47,421 nucleotides of DNA from NCBI GenBank assembly GCA_010031885.1, contig RGYU01000003.1:1-47421 (forward strand). The letters are read 5' to 3'. This DNA comes from Chlamydiota bacterium (GTDB lineage Bacteria; Chlamydiota; Chlamydiia; Chlamydiales; RGXB01). Below the pieces are notes generated by a model. The model had not been told where the DNA came from and did not search any database. It saw only the letters and a program-made list of their open reading frames with translations. Position 1 is the first letter of the stretch; each line of letters begins with the position of its first letter. This document shows positions 47,411 to 47,421 of this stretch, one piece after another. The translations under genes and the position numbers were made by a program.

Positions 47411-47421
47411 AGCTTTTCAAT

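Noticed and set aside
1-47421. tRNA, rRNA, CRISPR, prophage or defence systems
   Set aside because: All intergenic gaps are about 300 nt or less and show no cloverleaf, repeat-spacer pattern or related genes on manual reading.

Overview
A gene-dense, AT-rich window from a bacterium of the phylum Chlamydiota, most likely an environmental (non-Chlamydiaceae) lineage. The assignment rests on conserved chlamydial gene blocks recalled from C. trachomatis: Maf/HEAT protein; DUF502-CT421.1-CT421.2-ybeY-CBS-DUF3604; rpmG-lolC/E-lolD; two CNNM/CBS genes-iscS-PP2C; CT253/CT254; glgX-Slc1 chaperone; yidC-dnaA. Most genes are housekeeping and lie on the minus strand. Three genes missing from the ORF track were found by manual translation (HEAT-repeat protein, small basic protein, ribosomal protein L33). 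The most notable content is an apparently complete classical menaquinone cluster (menG-F-D-H-B-A-C/E) with an in-frame MenC-MenE fusion and a convergent hot-dog thioesterase. Also notable are an IncA-like protein with 35-aa and 21-aa coiled-coil repeats, a TPR gene split by a -1 frameshift next to a T TTT TTA heptamer, two paralogous secreted proteins inserted between iscS and PP2C, a small His/acid-rich secreted peptide and a signal-peptide-bearing methyltransferase. Several junctions in the last 15 kb could each be explained by one missing base, so assembly error must be excluded. No tRNA, rRNA, CRISPR array or mobile element was seen. All family assignments are from motif recognition; no database search was run.
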